Notes: generated from the letters alone by a model not told the origin. A DNA stretch of 64,000 nt from Alphaproteobacteria bacterium (GCA_965221125.1 CBDCRW010000001.1:38230-102229); one strand, 5' to 3'; positions 48,743 to 59,193 are shown, counted from the stretch's first letter. A program made the numbers and translations.

Positions 48743-50355
48743 CCCGACCTATTCATGGACTGCCTTGCACTTGATGCTCGGTTGATTGGGCGCGTCGGGG
48801 CCTGACGCGGTTTGGCGTCGGGAACTGAGGATGGTCGTTATCGGGTTGATGGTTTATGGAGCCTGGGTGATTGGGGCACGCCGCCCCGTCGCTCATGGGC
48901 CTGCTGCGGCGAGGCGGCCTGCGAGCAGGCGGAAGAGGGCGGCGTCGGGGCAGGCCGAGGCGAAGTGGATGCGGATGCGGGTGGCCTTCTCGATGACGCG
49001 GGCACCGATCTTGAGGAGGCGCAGCCTGAGGGTTGCAAACTCTGCACGGGCGAGCGGCGCGGCGCGGGGAATGGCGTCGCGCAGCGCGAGCATGAGCCAG
49101 TAGGCTGCGGTGTGGAGGACCAGCCTGAGCTGATTGGCGAGCGGGCTCTGGCAGGAGGTGCGGTCCGAGGCGAGCTGGCCCTTGTGCATCTTGATCAGGT
49201 TCTCGGCCTGGCCGCGGGCGCAGTAGATGTCTTCGTAGAGATGGCGGGGCTCGCCCTTGAGTGAGGTGACGACATAGCGGGCATCGAAGCCGCGGGTGCT
49301 CGCCTCGAGCCGGGCGACGACCCGGCGTTCGCAGCTCCAGGAGCGGGCGGCGTAGTCGAAGGCGGTGAAGCTGCGCATCCTGTCTGCGCCGGCCTTGGCG
49401 CGGCGCACCTTGAGATCGTCGGCCATCTCGTATGCGAGCGCGTGCAGCGCGCGGTTGCCCGCGAGGCCGAAGATGTAGTCGACCCCGTTCTCCTCGCACC
49501 AGGCCATGGCTTCCGGGCGGCCGTAGTGGCTGTCTCCGCGGAAGACGATCCGGGTGTGCGGCCAGTGGCGGCGGATGCGGCGGACCAGATGCTTGATGAG
49601 GGTGCGGACCTCAGGGCCCGACGGCGTCTTGCCCGGGCGCAGGAGGACCGCCACCGGCTTGCCGCTTTCCACATGGTAGACGTGGACGGGCAGGAAGCAG
49701 CGCGTGTCGTAATGAGCGTTGAAGAGCGAGAGCTGCTGGTGGCCGTGCACCGCATCGCAGGTGTCGTCGATGTCAAGGGTTATGGCGGCGGGAGGGGCTT
49801 GGAAGCTGCGGCAGAAGAGATCGACCAGCGCCGCCGTCATGCGCGCCACCTCGATACGAGACGGCGCGTTCTCCAGGCGGCTCATGGTCGGCTGGGAGCA
49901 GAGTGCGCGGCCGCTCTCCGGCGCCTTGCCTGAGGCCAGCTTGAACAGAGGGTCCGCGCGCAGCGCGTCGCAGTCGTCGGCATCTTCGTAGCCACACGCA
50001 ATGGCGAACATGCGGAAGCGCAGCATGGCCGAGAGCGAGTGGATCACCTGCGCCTGCTTGCGCCGGTCGCGGATGCAGCCGGCCAGGGTCTCGGCCAGGC
50101 GCAAGCTGCGTTCCGCCTCACGAAGCAGGACGAGGCCGCCGTCAGACGAGATCAGGCCGCCGTCGAAGGCGGCGCTCACCTTCTTGCGTTGGACGCTTGG
50201 CAGATCGAAGGGAAGAAGACTATCGTCGGTCATGGCGGGCGTGGCATTTTCGTTGTTCGGAGAGGAAGACGCCTCGGCAACGAATTCCTACCCGATGGCA
50301 ACGACTTACGCTACGTCCGCCACCCCAAAACCAGACCTGCCATGAATAATTCGGG
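48743..50355 (-). mobile_element. IS1380-family insertion sequence, copy A (1613 bp)
   Basis: Terminal inverted repeats CCCGAATTATTCATGG/CCCGACCTATTCATGG; TTAG duplicated at 48739-48742 and 50356-50359. Confidence 0.95.
48893..50233 (-). CDS. IS1380-family transposase
   Basis: FDGGLISSDGG, GYEDADD, SQPTMSRLEN, RGDS and YCARGQAENLIK motifs. Confidence 0.96.
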   Translation of the reverse strand: MTDDSLLPFDLPSVQRKKVSAAFDGGLISSDGGLVLLREAERSLRLAETLAGCIRDRRKQAQVIHSLSAMLRFRMFAIACGYEDADDCDALRADPLFKLASGKAPESGRALCSQPTMSRLENAPSRIEVARMTAALVDLFCRSFQAPPAAITLDIDDTCDAVHGHQQLSLFNAHYDTRCFLPVHVYHVESGKPVAVLLRPGKTPSGPEVRTLIKHLVRRIRRHWPHTRIVFRGDSHYGRPEAMAWCEENGVDYIFGLAGNRALHALAYEMADDLKVRRAKAGADRMRSFTAFDYAARSWSCERRVVARLEASTRGFDARYVVTSLKGEPRHLYEDIYCARGQAENLIKMHKGQLASDRTSCQSPLANQLRLVLHTAAYWLMLALRDAIPRAAPLARAEFATLRLRLLKIGARVIEKATRIRIHFASACPDAALFRLLAGRLAAAGP

Positions 50356-51406
50356 TTAGCTCAATGACGACATAAGTGTCGTTCTCATCCTGGGCCAACA
50401 AATCGATCGGTCCCACAGCTGTAGAGAATTGCCGCTCCACAAGCGACAAACCCCGCTCTAACTCTTGAAGATTCTGCTCCAAGATATCCTCCAATACGCG
50501 TTCCAGAATCTGGACCTGTTTGTACTCCTCGACGTGTTTTGGAGAAATATCTTTGCGTTCGCGCTTGAGCGCTTCCGCTGCAGCATCGATTTTACCGATT
50601 CGCTGATAATACTCTCTAGCATCGCTTGACGTTGCCCACGGACCATTCCACACATTCTTAGCGGGCAGCTCACCATATCGTGCAAGCCAATCCTGCGCTG
50701 ATCGATAGTCAATGATTTCTGCTTCACGGGAGGCTTCTACAATCTGCCGTACAGCGCGACGATGGCGTGCGGGTATCTCTATACGACCGTCCTTCACTTC
50801 CACAAATTTGGACAATCGAAAGAAATTCCAAATGTACGCCACATTGTTCTTTACCTTAATGTATGTGGTTCCTCTTTCATTCTTGGTGTGCGAGTGCGCT
50901 GAAAGCAGATTAGCCAACTTATGAAGCTCTGCATTCTCCTCTCTACTGCAAGCCCGCAGGTCTTCTATCAAGCTCGCAACTTCTGTTGCATCCGCAAAAC
51001 TCTTTACCCGCGACCCCAAAAGAACAAACTCTTCTCGGGTGATATGCCAATTGATACTCAAAAGTAAATTATACAAAGATAATATCGGAAGTGTTCTGAA
51101 TTCTTTGAAGTGAACTGCATTGGTCGGATTCCAAAACTGATACCTATGTACCTGCATTGAGAGAAGTGTCTTTCGGCTTTTGGCTTGCGCCTTGACGAAT
51201 GCTCTTCCGACGTCTGTTACTTCCGGAACTCCATTTTGATTGATCCATGCCAGTCCCAGGAGTCTCCATACCGGAAATTGCATGCGTCCTATCGCGCTAA
51301 ATTGCTCACCATGCTTCTTGTATGGGTCGATAAGGCGCTTTTTCTGTAACTCCATGACAAAACGAGGTTGAGCGTCCTTCCAAGGAATTTGCCGATACTG
51401 GTCTAG

Positions 51407-53019
51407 CCCGAATTATTCATGGCAGGTCTGGTTTTGGGGTGGCGGACGTAGCGTAAGTCGTTGCCATCGGGTAGGAATTCGTTGCCGAGGCGTCTTCCTC
51501 TCCGAACAACGAAAATGCCACGCCCGCCATGACCGACGATAGTCTTCTTCCCTTCGATCTGCCAAGCGTCCAACGCAAGAAGGTGAGCGCCGCCTTCGAC
51601 GGCGGCCTGATCTCGTCTGACGGCGGCCTCGTCCTGCTTCGTGAGGCGGAACGCAGCTTGCGCCTGGCCGAGACCCTGGCCGGCTGCATCCGCGACCGGC
51701 GCAAGCAGGCGCAGGTGATCCACTCGCTCTCGGCCATGCTGCGCTTCCGCATGTTCGCCATTGCGTGTGGCTACGAAGATGCCGACGACTGCGACGCGCT
51801 GCGCGCGGACCCTCTGTTCAAGCTGGCCTCAGGCAAGGCGCCGGAGAGCGGCCGCGCACTCTGCTCCCAGCCGACCATGAGCCGCCTGGAGAACGCGCCG
51901 TCTCGTATCGAGGTGGCGCGCATGACGGCGGCGCTGGTCGATCTCTTCTGCCGCAGCTTCCAAGCCCCTCCCGCCGCCATAACCCTTGACATCGACGACA
52001 CCTGCGATGCGGTGCACGGCCACCAGCAGCTCTCGCTCTTCAACGCTCATTACGACACGCGCTGCTTCCTGCCCGTCCACGTCTACCATGTGGAAAGCGG
52101 CAAGCCGGTGGCGGTCCTCCTGCGCCCGGGCAAGACGCCGTCGGGCCCTGAGGTCCGCACCCTCATCAAGCATCTGGTCCGCCGCATCCGCCGCCACTGG
52201 CCGCACACCCGGATCGTCTTCCGCGGAGACAGCCACTACGGCCGCCCGGAAGCCATGGCCTGGTGCGAGGAGAACGGGGTCGACTACATCTTCGGCCTCG
52301 CGGGCAACCGCGCGCTGCACGCGCTCGCATACGAGATGGCCGACGATCTCAAGGTGCGCCGCGCCAAGGCCGGCGCAGACAGGATGCGCAGCTTCACCGC
52401 CTTCGACTACGCCGCCCGCTCCTGGAGCTGCGAACGCCGGGTCGTCGCCCGGCTCGAGGCGAGCACCCGCGGCTTCGATGCCCGCTATGTCGTCACCTCA
52501 CTCAAGGGCGAGCCCCGCCATCTCTACGAAGACATCTACTGCGCCCGCGGCCAGGCCGAGAACCTGATCAAGATGCACAAGGGCCAGCTCGCCTCGGACC
52601 GCACCTCCTGCCAGAGCCCGCTCGCCAATCAGCTCAGGCTGGTCCTCCACACCGCAGCCTACTGGCTCATGCTCGCGCTGCGCGACGCCATTCCCCGCGC
52701 CGCGCCGCTCGCCCGTGCAGAGTTTGCAACCCTCAGGCTGCGCCTCCTCAAGATCGGTGCCCGCGTCATCGAGAAGGCCACCCGCATCCGCATCCACTTC
52801 GCCTCGGCCTGCCCCGACGCCGCCCTCTTCCGCCTGCTCGCAGGCCGCCTCGCCGCAGCAGGCCCATGAGCGACGGGGCGGCGTGCCCCAATCACCCAGG
52901 CTCCATAAACCATCAACCCGATAACGACCATCCTCAGTTCCCGACGCCAAACCGCGTCAGGCCCCGACGCGCCCAATCAACCGAGCATCAAGTGCAAGGC
53001 AGTCCATGAATAGGTCGGG
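51407..53019 (+). mobile_element. IS1380-family insertion sequence, copy B (1613 bp, inverted relative to A)
   Basis: Same terminal repeats; CTAG duplicated at 51403-51406 and 53020-53023. Confidence 0.95.
51529..52869 (+). CDS. IS1380-family transposase
   Basis: Translation identical to copy A in the ORF track. Confidence 0.96.
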   Translation: MTDDSLLPFDLPSVQRKKVSAAFDGGLISSDGGLVLLREAERSLRLAETLAGCIRDRRKQAQVIHSLSAMLRFRMFAIACGYEDADDCDALRADPLFKLASGKAPESGRALCSQPTMSRLENAPSRIEVARMTAALVDLFCRSFQAPPAAITLDIDDTCDAVHGHQQLSLFNAHYDTRCFLPVHVYHVESGKPVAVLLRPGKTPSGPEVRTLIKHLVRRIRRHWPHTRIVFRGDSHYGRPEAMAWCEENGVDYIFGLAGNRALHALAYEMADDLKVRRAKAGADRMRSFTAFDYAARSWSCERRVVARLEASTRGFDARYVVTSLKGEPRHLYEDIYCARGQAENLIKMHKGQLASDRTSCQSPLANQLRLVLHTAAYWLMLALRDAIPRAAPLARAEFATLRLRLLKIGARVIEKATRIRIHFASACPDAALFRLLAGRLAAAGP

Positions 53020-53117
53020 CTAGTACATCCAAAAAGGCGGCAATGAGATCCCAATTGTCGTGACTTACGGCCTTTCCCTTTGGAACGTACAGAAATGCAG
53101 GAGATTCTGCGTCCGAC

Positions 53118-54197
53118 TTAATGCGCGCTGCTAGTGTACGGCTCCAAGCCATACTCAAGATCCCTCAAGATCAAGGGGCAATTGGTCGTTGTCGTGTACG
53201 AAATCGAAAGTGGGACTGTCCTGAGCAAGTGCAGATCGTCCGTAAGTTTCGTTTCGCGCTTGTGCTTCTTTTCGGCCTCGGCACCAGCGTTTCCTGTGGC
53301 GAGACGGCTATTGATTTGAGTTAACTCGTCCCTGCCCGGATATTTTCCGCGACCCACAAGAAGTAGGGGAGTATCGCCTTCTCTGGCGCAAGCTACCCGA
53401 TGCCTCGCCATTGCGATATACTTTTCAGATATATCGATTCCGATGTATCGTCTTCTCATTTTCTTCGCGACGGAACAGGCTGTGCCCGTACCACAGAAGG
53501 GATCTAGTACAATATCTCCCAGGAAGGGTTCACACGCCCCGTACGTGTACATGCGAATCAAACGTCCAGGAAGCTTTTCCGGGAAAGGGGCTGGGTGTTC
53601 CGCGTCCCGCTTAACGTCTTCTGGATAGATAAACCAAACTTGCTGAACCAAGTCCACCCATTCAGGCTGCTGTATAATGTTTCCTTCCTTAACAGGTTTG
53701 GGGTACTTGGGCGGCTTCCCCGGTTTTACATAGACACTGATAAATTCAATGGTATTATTTTCCAAAATATTGCCAGGGTACGGGTAGCTGCCAAACATCA
53801 TCTTTGATGTCTGCTTTTGCCAAACAAAAAGACTGTACCGTAGAAAAGCGGAATTGGAAAGAATTGAGTACTCGATATCGTTGTTGATGTTCTTGACGTG
53901 GCGAGTGTGCTGGTCACCAATTATTTTCTTGGGTATGGGCAGTATAGGAGTGTTGATGGCTAGTTTACCATTCGGTCGCAAAATTCTGAAGCATTCAATC
54001 CATACGCTGAGTAGTGCATTGATGTAAGTTTCGTACGCGCCAGTACTCTCGGATGTTGTTGTTTCATATTCTACTGCTGTCCAATAAGGTGGAGAAGTTA
54101 TGATAAAATCAATACTATCATCTGGAAGTGCAGAAAGAGTGGTCGCCGCGTCACCCACGATCAAACAGTCAACAAAGTCTTGCAAAGTCTTGACCAT
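53118..54197 (-). CDS. Site-specific DNA methyltransferase, beta class (m4C/m6A)
   Basis: ITSPPY precedes HPAPFP and VLDPFCGTGT; low GC; C-terminal tail possibly frameshifted. Confidence 0.93.
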   Translation of the reverse strand: MVKTLQDFVDCLIVGDAATTLSALPDDSIDFIITSPPYWTAVEYETTTSESTGAYETYINALLSVWIECFRILRPNGKLAINTPILPIPKKIIGDQHTRHVKNINNDIEYSILSNSAFLRYSLFVWQKQTSKMMFGSYPYPGNILENNTIEFISVYVKPGKPPKYPKPVKEGNIIQQPEWVDLVQQVWFIYPEDVKRDAEHPAPFPEKLPGRLIRMYTYGACEPFLGDIVLDPFCGTGTACSVAKKMRRRYIGIDISEKYIAMARHRVACAREGDTPLLLVGRGKYPGRDELTQINSRLATGNAGAEAEKKHKRETKLTDDLHLLRTVPLSISYTTTTNCPLILRDLEYGLEPYTSSAH

Positions 54198-54465
54198 TGC
54201 GGTCCATGCCCGTATGTGCCGTCAAACTGTATTTTGCATCTACAACGCGTCTCTTGCAAGTGACCGCGTGATATCGGTCGGAGAGGCAGAGGCTGATGGT
54301 CGGGCATCTGGGTAAGTCTCGGCGTCAGATAGAAAAAACGCCCAAGCACGAGGGTCTGGTATCGTGTGGCGCCGTCGTGCTCTCTGCTGATATGGTTGTC
54401 GTCGGTGTTAGGCGCACGTGCGAGACGGCCGCCGGTAGGAGCGGCGCGCGAGCGGGGAGGGGGGC

Positions 54466-56835
54466 ATGTATATCGGTCAGGCGGTTCTGCGCCGGGAGGA
54501 TGAGCGCTTTCTCCGGGGGCGGGGGCGGTTCGTCGAGGACGTGAGGCTCGACCAACCCATCGCGCATGCCGCCTTCGTCCGCAGCCCCCACGCCCACGCC
54601 GCAGTGACGGGAGTCGATACGGCTGAGGCCGCGGCGATGCCGGGCGTGCTCGCCGTGCTCACCGGCGAGGACTGGACCCGGGCGGGCTACGGCGAAGCGG
54701 AGGGGGTCTGGCCGGTCAAGGACAGGAGCGGGGCGGACGCGCGCACCGCCTACCGCCCGCTCATCTGCGTGGACGGCGTGGTCCGCTGCGTCGGCGAGAT
54801 CGTCGCCATGGTCGTCGCCGAGGACCGCCACCAGGCGCTCGACGCCGCCGAGGCGGTCGCGGTCGCCTACGAGGAGAAGCCGGCCAACATACTCACCGCC
54901 CGGGCGCTCGATGCCGAGACCCCGCTGGTGCACCCCGCCTTCGGCACCAACGAGGTGCTGGTCACCGAGCACGGGCTGAAGGCGGAGACGGAAGCGGCGC
55001 TGGCGAACGCCCACCACGTCACCGAGGTCGCGGTGCCGTCGAACCGCATCACCGCCGCCTCGATGGAGCCCCGCTGCTATCTCGGCCACCACGACGAGGT
55101 CAACGACCGCTACACGGTGTGGACCACCAACCAGGCGCCGCACATCGTGCGCCGCTACTTCACCAAGTCGCTGAACATCCCCGAGCACAAGTTGCGCGTG
55201 ATCGCGCCGGACGTGGGCGGCGGCTTCGGCATGAAGCTCTACCACTACCCGGAGGAGGCGCTGGTGCTGTGGGGCGCCATCGCCTCCGGCCGGCCGGTGC
55301 GCTGGGCGGGCACGCGCTCCGAGTGCCTGCTGGGCGACACCCATGCGAGGGACCACCACACGGTGGGCCGCATGGGCTTCGACGCGGACGGCCGGATCCT
55401 CGGCGTGCAGTTCGAGACGCTGGCGGCCTTCGGCGCCTACGAGAGCCAGTGGCAGGCGAGCATCACCAATGCCTATCACTTCTCCATGCTCTCGTGCGCC
55501 TACGACATTCCGGCGATCCACACCACCGTGCGCGCGGTCTACACCAACGCGACGCCGGTGGACGCCTACCGCGGCGCCGGCCGGCCCGAGGCGGTCTACC
55601 AGGTGGAGCGCCTGATCGAGAACGGGGCCCACGAGATGGGCATCGACCCGATGGAGCTGCGTGCGCGCAACCTGATCCCGCCCGAAAAATTTCCGTACCA
55701 GACGGCGCTCGGCATCACCTACGATTCCGGCGACCCGCCCGTGCTCATGGAGAAGATCAAGGCGCTCGCGGACTACGACGCGCTCCGCGCCGAGCAGGCG
55801 GCGCTCAGGGCGCAAGGTCAGTGGCTGGGCATCGGCATCGCGGCCTTCTTCGACATGGCCGGTGCCGGCCCGGTCAAGATGATGAACGACCTCGGCGCCA
55901 GGATCGGCTGCTACGACGTGGCCAGCGTGCGCGTGCACCCGGACGGGCGCATCACCGTGTTCGCCGGCAGCCACAGCCACGGGCAGGGGCACGAGACGAC
56001 GTGGAGCCAGATCGCCGCCGACCGGCTCGGCTGCGACATCGACCGCATCGACCTGGTCGAGGGCGATACCGACCGGGTGCCCATGGGGATCGGCACCTGG
56101 GGCTCGCGCTCGCTGTCGACCGCCGGCATGGCGGTCTACACGGCAGCCGACCGCGTGGTGGCCAAGGCCAAGCGGCTGGCGGCGCACATGATGGAGTGCG
56201 CGCCCGACGACATCGACCTCGCGGACGGCGAATTCACGGTGAAGGGCACGGACAGGAGGCTCTCGTTCGAGGTGGTCGCCAACGCCGCCTACCACTCCGG
56301 CGACCGGCCGGCGGACCTGGAGATCGGCCTTGAGGAGACCTCCTTCTTCGATCCGGCCGACTGCACCTATCCCTCTGCCGTCCATCTCTGCGTCGTGCTG
56401 GTCGATCCCGAGACCTGCGCCGTGACGCTCCGCAACTACTGGGCGGTGGATGACGTCGGCACGGTCATCAACCCGCTGGTGCTGGAGGGGCAGGTCCACG
56501 GCGGGCTGGTGCAGGGCATCGGCCAGGCGCTGATGGAGGAGTGCGCCTACGATCCCGAGAGCGGCCAGTACCTCTCGGGCACCTTCATGGACTACGCCGT
56601 GCCCCATGCCGAGGACGTGCCCTCCTTCGGCCTCGATTCGCACGTCACGCGGGCGCTGGGCAATCCGCTGGGCGCCAAGGGCGCGGGGGAGAGCGGCACG
56701 ATCGGCGCGCCGGCCTGCGTCTGCAACGGGGTCGTGGACGCGCTCTGGCATCTCGGCGTGCGCCAGATCACGCAGCCGATGACGCCCAGAAAGATCTGGC
56801 GCGCCATCGCGGACGCCGGGCGGGCGCAGCCCTAG
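54466..56835 (+). CDS. CoxL-like (form II) molybdopterin subunit
   Basis: [25 protein letters not shown] and KGAGE motifs. Confidence 0.92.
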   Translation: MYIGQAVLRREDERFLRGRGRFVEDVRLDQPIAHAAFVRSPHAHAAVTGVDTAEAAAMPGVLAVLTGEDWTRAGYGEAEGVWPVKDRSGADARTAYRPLICVDGVVRCVGEIVAMVVAEDRHQALDAAEAVAVAYEEKPANILTARALDAETPLVHPAFGTNEVLVTEHGLKAETEAALANAHHVTEVAVPSNRITAASMEPRCYLGHHDEVNDRYTVWTTNQAPHIVRRYFTKSLNIPEHKLRVIAPDVGGGFGMKLYHYPEEALVLWGAIASGRPVRWAGTRSECLLGDTHARDHHTVGRMGFDADGRILGVQFETLAAFGAYESQWQASITNAYHFSMLSCAYDIPAIHTTVRAVYTNATPVDAYRGAGRPEAVYQVERLIENGAHEMGIDPMELRARNLIPPEKFPYQTALGITYDSGDPPVLMEKIKALADYDALRAEQAALRAQGQWLGIGIAAFFDMAGAGPVKMMNDLGARIGCYDVASVRVHPDGRITVFAGSHSHGQGHETTWSQIAADRLGCDIDRIDLVEGDTDRVPMGIGTWGSRSLSTAGMAVYTAADRVVAKAKRLAAHMMECAPDDIDLADGEFTVKGTDRRLSFEVVANAAYHSGDRPADLEIGLEETSFFDPADCTYPSAVHLCVVLVDPETCAVTLRNYWAVDDVGTVINPLVLEGQVHGGLVQGIGQALMEECAYDPESGQYLSGTFMDYAVPHAEDVPSFGLDSHVTRALGNPLGAKGAGESGTIGAPACVCNGVVDALWHLGVRQITQPMTPRKIWRAIADAGRAQP

Positions 56836-56863
56836 GGCCGCGATGGGGGCAGAAGGAGAGGCG

Positions 56864-57337
56864 ATGGACAAGGCGTCAGTCAGTTTTTCCGTGAACGGCC
56901 GGGAGGTCGCGGCCACGCTCGATCCGCGCACGCTTCTGGTCCACTTCCTGCGCGAGGAGCTGAAGCTCACCGGCACCCACGTCGGCTGCGACACGAGCCA
57001 GTGCGGGGCGTGCACGGTCCACCTCGACGGCAGGCCGGCGAAGTCCTGCGCCCTGCTGGCGGTACAATTGGAGGGCGCGCACGTCACCACCATCGAGGGC
57101 GTCGCCGGGCCGGACGGGCTGCATCCGATGCAGGCCGCGTTCAGGGAGCATCACGGCCTGCAATGCGGGTTCTGCACACCCGGCATGGTGATGATGGGGA
57201 TCGACATCGCGAACCGGCACGAGGCGCCCAACGAGGCGACGATCCGGGGCGAGCTGGAGGGCAACCTCTGCCGCTGCACGGGCTATCACAACATCGTCGA
57301 GGCCATCGCCGCCGGCGCCAAAGTGATGCGGAGCTGA
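56864..57337 (+). CDS. CoxS-like [2Fe-2S] subunit
   Basis: [18 protein letters not shown] and NLCRCTGY motifs. Confidence 0.95.
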   Translation: MDKASVSFSVNGREVAATLDPRTLLVHFLREELKLTGTHVGCDTSQCGACTVHLDGRPAKSCALLAVQLEGAHVTTIEGVAGPDGLHPMQAAFREHHGLQCGFCTPGMVMMGIDIANRHEAPNEATIRGELEGNLCRCTGYHNIVEAIAAGAKVMRS

Positions 57338-57347
57338 GGGGAGGGGC

Positions 57348-58157
57348 ATGTATCCGTTCACCTACCACCGGCCGGCCTCGCTCGACGACGCGAAGGCCTT
57401 GCTGGCCGGGAGCGAGGACGGCCGGCCGCTCGCGGGCGGCATGAGCCTGCTGCCCACCATGCGCTTCCGCCTCACCTCCTGCGCGGACCTGGTGGACCTC
57501 AACGGCATCGACGCGCTGGCCGGGATCGAGCGGCAGGGCGGGCACATCCGAATCGGCGCCATGACGCGGCACGTGGCGGTGGCGGAATCGCCCGAGGTGC
57601 AGGCCGCGATCCCCGCGCTCGCGGCGCTCGCAGGCTCCATCGGCGACGTGCAGGTGCGCAACCGGGGCACCATCGGCGGCTCGATCTGCTTCGCCGACCC
57701 GGCGGCGGACTACCCGGCGGGCCTGCTGGGCCTGGGTGCGACGGTGAACACCGACCGGCGCGCGATCGCGGCGGACGACTTCTTCACCGGGCTCTACGAG
57801 ACTGCGCTGGAGGACGGCGAGATCGTGGTCTCGGTCGACTTCCCCACGCCGGAGCGCGCGGGCTGGGCCAAGTTCGGCAACCAGGCCTCGCGCTTCGCCA
57901 TCGCGGCCGCGATGGTCGCGCAAGCGACCGACGGCGCGGTGCGGCTCGCCGTCACAGGCGCGCGGACCCACGTCTTCCGCGTGGGCGAGATGGAGGCGGC
58001 ACTGGCCGCCGACTTCTCCGAAGCGGCGCTCTCCGGCATCGCCGTCGCGCGCGAGGGGCTCAACGAGGACCTCCACGCCGATGCGGAATACCGCGCGCAC
58101 CTCGTCGGCGTGATGGCGAAGCGCGCCGTCCGCGAAGCGCAGGCGAAGCAGGCCTGA
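57348..58157 (+). CDS. CoxM-like FAD subunit
   Basis: LAGGMSL, VRNRGTIGGS and DPAADYP motifs. Confidence 0.95.
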   Translation: MYPFTYHRPASLDDAKALLAGSEDGRPLAGGMSLLPTMRFRLTSCADLVDLNGIDALAGIERQGGHIRIGAMTRHVAVAESPEVQAAIPALAALAGSIGDVQVRNRGTIGGSICFADPAADYPAGLLGLGATVNTDRRAIAADDFFTGLYETALEDGEIVVSVDFPTPERAGWAKFGNQASRFAIAAAMVAQATDGAVRLAVTGARTHVFRVGEMEAALAADFSEAALSGIAVAREGLNEDLHADAEYRAHLVGVMAKRAVREAQAKQA

Positions 58158-58167
58158 AGCGAATTTC

Positions 58168-58327
58168 TCGCTCACGGCAGCTGGCCGTCCTGCAATTCCG
58201 CGCGCCTTTCGGCGCGACGGCCAGCGCCGTCGCGCGGGACGCGCGGAGAGCGCACGATGCAGGCGCGCCGTGTTCGCGGCGGGCCGCTATCGCGACCTAG
58301 CGCGCGTCCGTCAGAGCCGGACGCGCG
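58168..58327 (+). repeat. Palindromic repeat, copy 4 (overlaps the 3' end of the ada-like gene)
   Basis: TCGCTCACGGCAGC...TTCGCGGCGGGCCGCTATCGCGACCTAGCGCGCGTCCG...GGACGCGC matches copy 1. Confidence 0.8.
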
Positions 58328-59193
58328 CCAGAATCCGGCCCGAAGTGCGCGGCTTCCCAGCCCAGCATGACGCGCTTGCGGGCGGGGCCCCACTCGTAGT
58401 TCGAAATGCGGCCCGTCTCCCGGATCACGCGGTGGCAGGGGATCAGGTAGGAGACCGGGTTGGCGGCGACGGCGCCGCCCACCGCGCGGGCGCTGCGCGG
58501 CAGCCCGAGCGCCCGTGCCAGCGCCCGGTAGGAGGTGATCCGGCCGGGGGGAATGCGGAGCAGCGCCTCCCACACCTTGAGCTGGAAGTTGGTGCCGGCG
58601 ACGGCGAGGCGGAGTGGCGCGCCGTCACCGGGGTGCTCGCCGAAGATGCGGGCCACGACGGCGGCGGTGGCGGCGCGGTCCTCGCGGAAGCGGGCCGCGG
58701 GCCAGCGGCCTCCGAACTCGGCGCGGACGACGCTGCCGTCGCCGTCGGCGAAGCCCAGCGCGCAGATGCCGCGCGCGGTCAGCCCGGCGAAGCAGGGGCC
58801 GAAGGGGCTGGGATGCACGCCCCAGGCGATGTCCACGCCCGCGCCGCGCCGCTTGAAGGCGCCGGGGCTCATCGCCTCGTAGGTGACGAAGAGGTCGTGC
58901 AGCCGCGCCGGGCCGGAGAGGCCCGCGTCGTAGCTGGCGTCGAGGATCGAGGCGGAGGCGTCGAGCTGGGCCTTGGCGTAGTCCAGCGTGAGGTACTGGC
59001 CGAAGCGCTTGGGCGAGATGCCGGCCCAGCGGCGGAAGAGGCGCTGGAAGTGGTGCGGGCCGAGACCGGCCTCCCGCGCCAGGGTGGCGAGGCTCGGCTG
59101 GTCGCGGAAGTGCGCCTCCAGATAGAGGATCGCGGCCTCGATGCGGGCGTAATCGCGCGCGTTGTCGGCGATGTCGGTGCGTGTTGCTGGCAT
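58297..59193 (-). CDS. ada: Ada-like AraC-HTH/methylated-DNA-protein-cysteine methyltransferase
   Basis: HFQRLFRRWAGISPKRF, GTNFQLKVW and IPCHRV motifs. Confidence 0.9.
   Translation of the reverse strand: MPATRTDIADNARDYARIEAAILYLEAHFRDQPSLATLAREAGLGPHHFQRLFRRWAGISPKRFGQYLTLDYAKAQLDASASILDASYDAGLSGPARLHDLFVTYEAMSPGAFKRRGAGVDIAWGVHPSPFGPCFAGLTARGICALGFADGDGSVVRAEFGGRWPAARFREDRAATAAVVARIFGEHPGDGAPLRLAVAGTNFQLKVWEALLRIPPGRITSYRALARALGLPRSARAVGGAVAANPVSYLIPCHRVIRETGRISNYEWGPARKRVMLGWEAAHFGPDSGARPALTDAR

Larger units (their letters stand above)
48524..53152 (-). pseudogene. Putative restriction endonuclease (AlwI-like N-terminus, NucS-like PD-(D/E)xK C-terminus) interrupted by two IS copies
   Basis: Joining 53152-53024, 51406-50360 and 48742-48524 gives one open 1395-nt frame (464 aa) with GPIDLLAQD-x5-VVIELKRG...VIGQTVRYLGW. 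Confidence 0.85.

Noticed and set aside
50356-51406. Segment between the inverted IS copies as an already inverted or imported composite-transposon cargo
   Set aside because: Each IS has its own matching target duplication, and the spacer is in frame and co-oriented with both outer gene pieces.
46367-54460. Intact integrative element or prophage at tRNA-Pro
   Set aside because: No integrase, no phage genes, and no duplicated tRNA 3' end seen.
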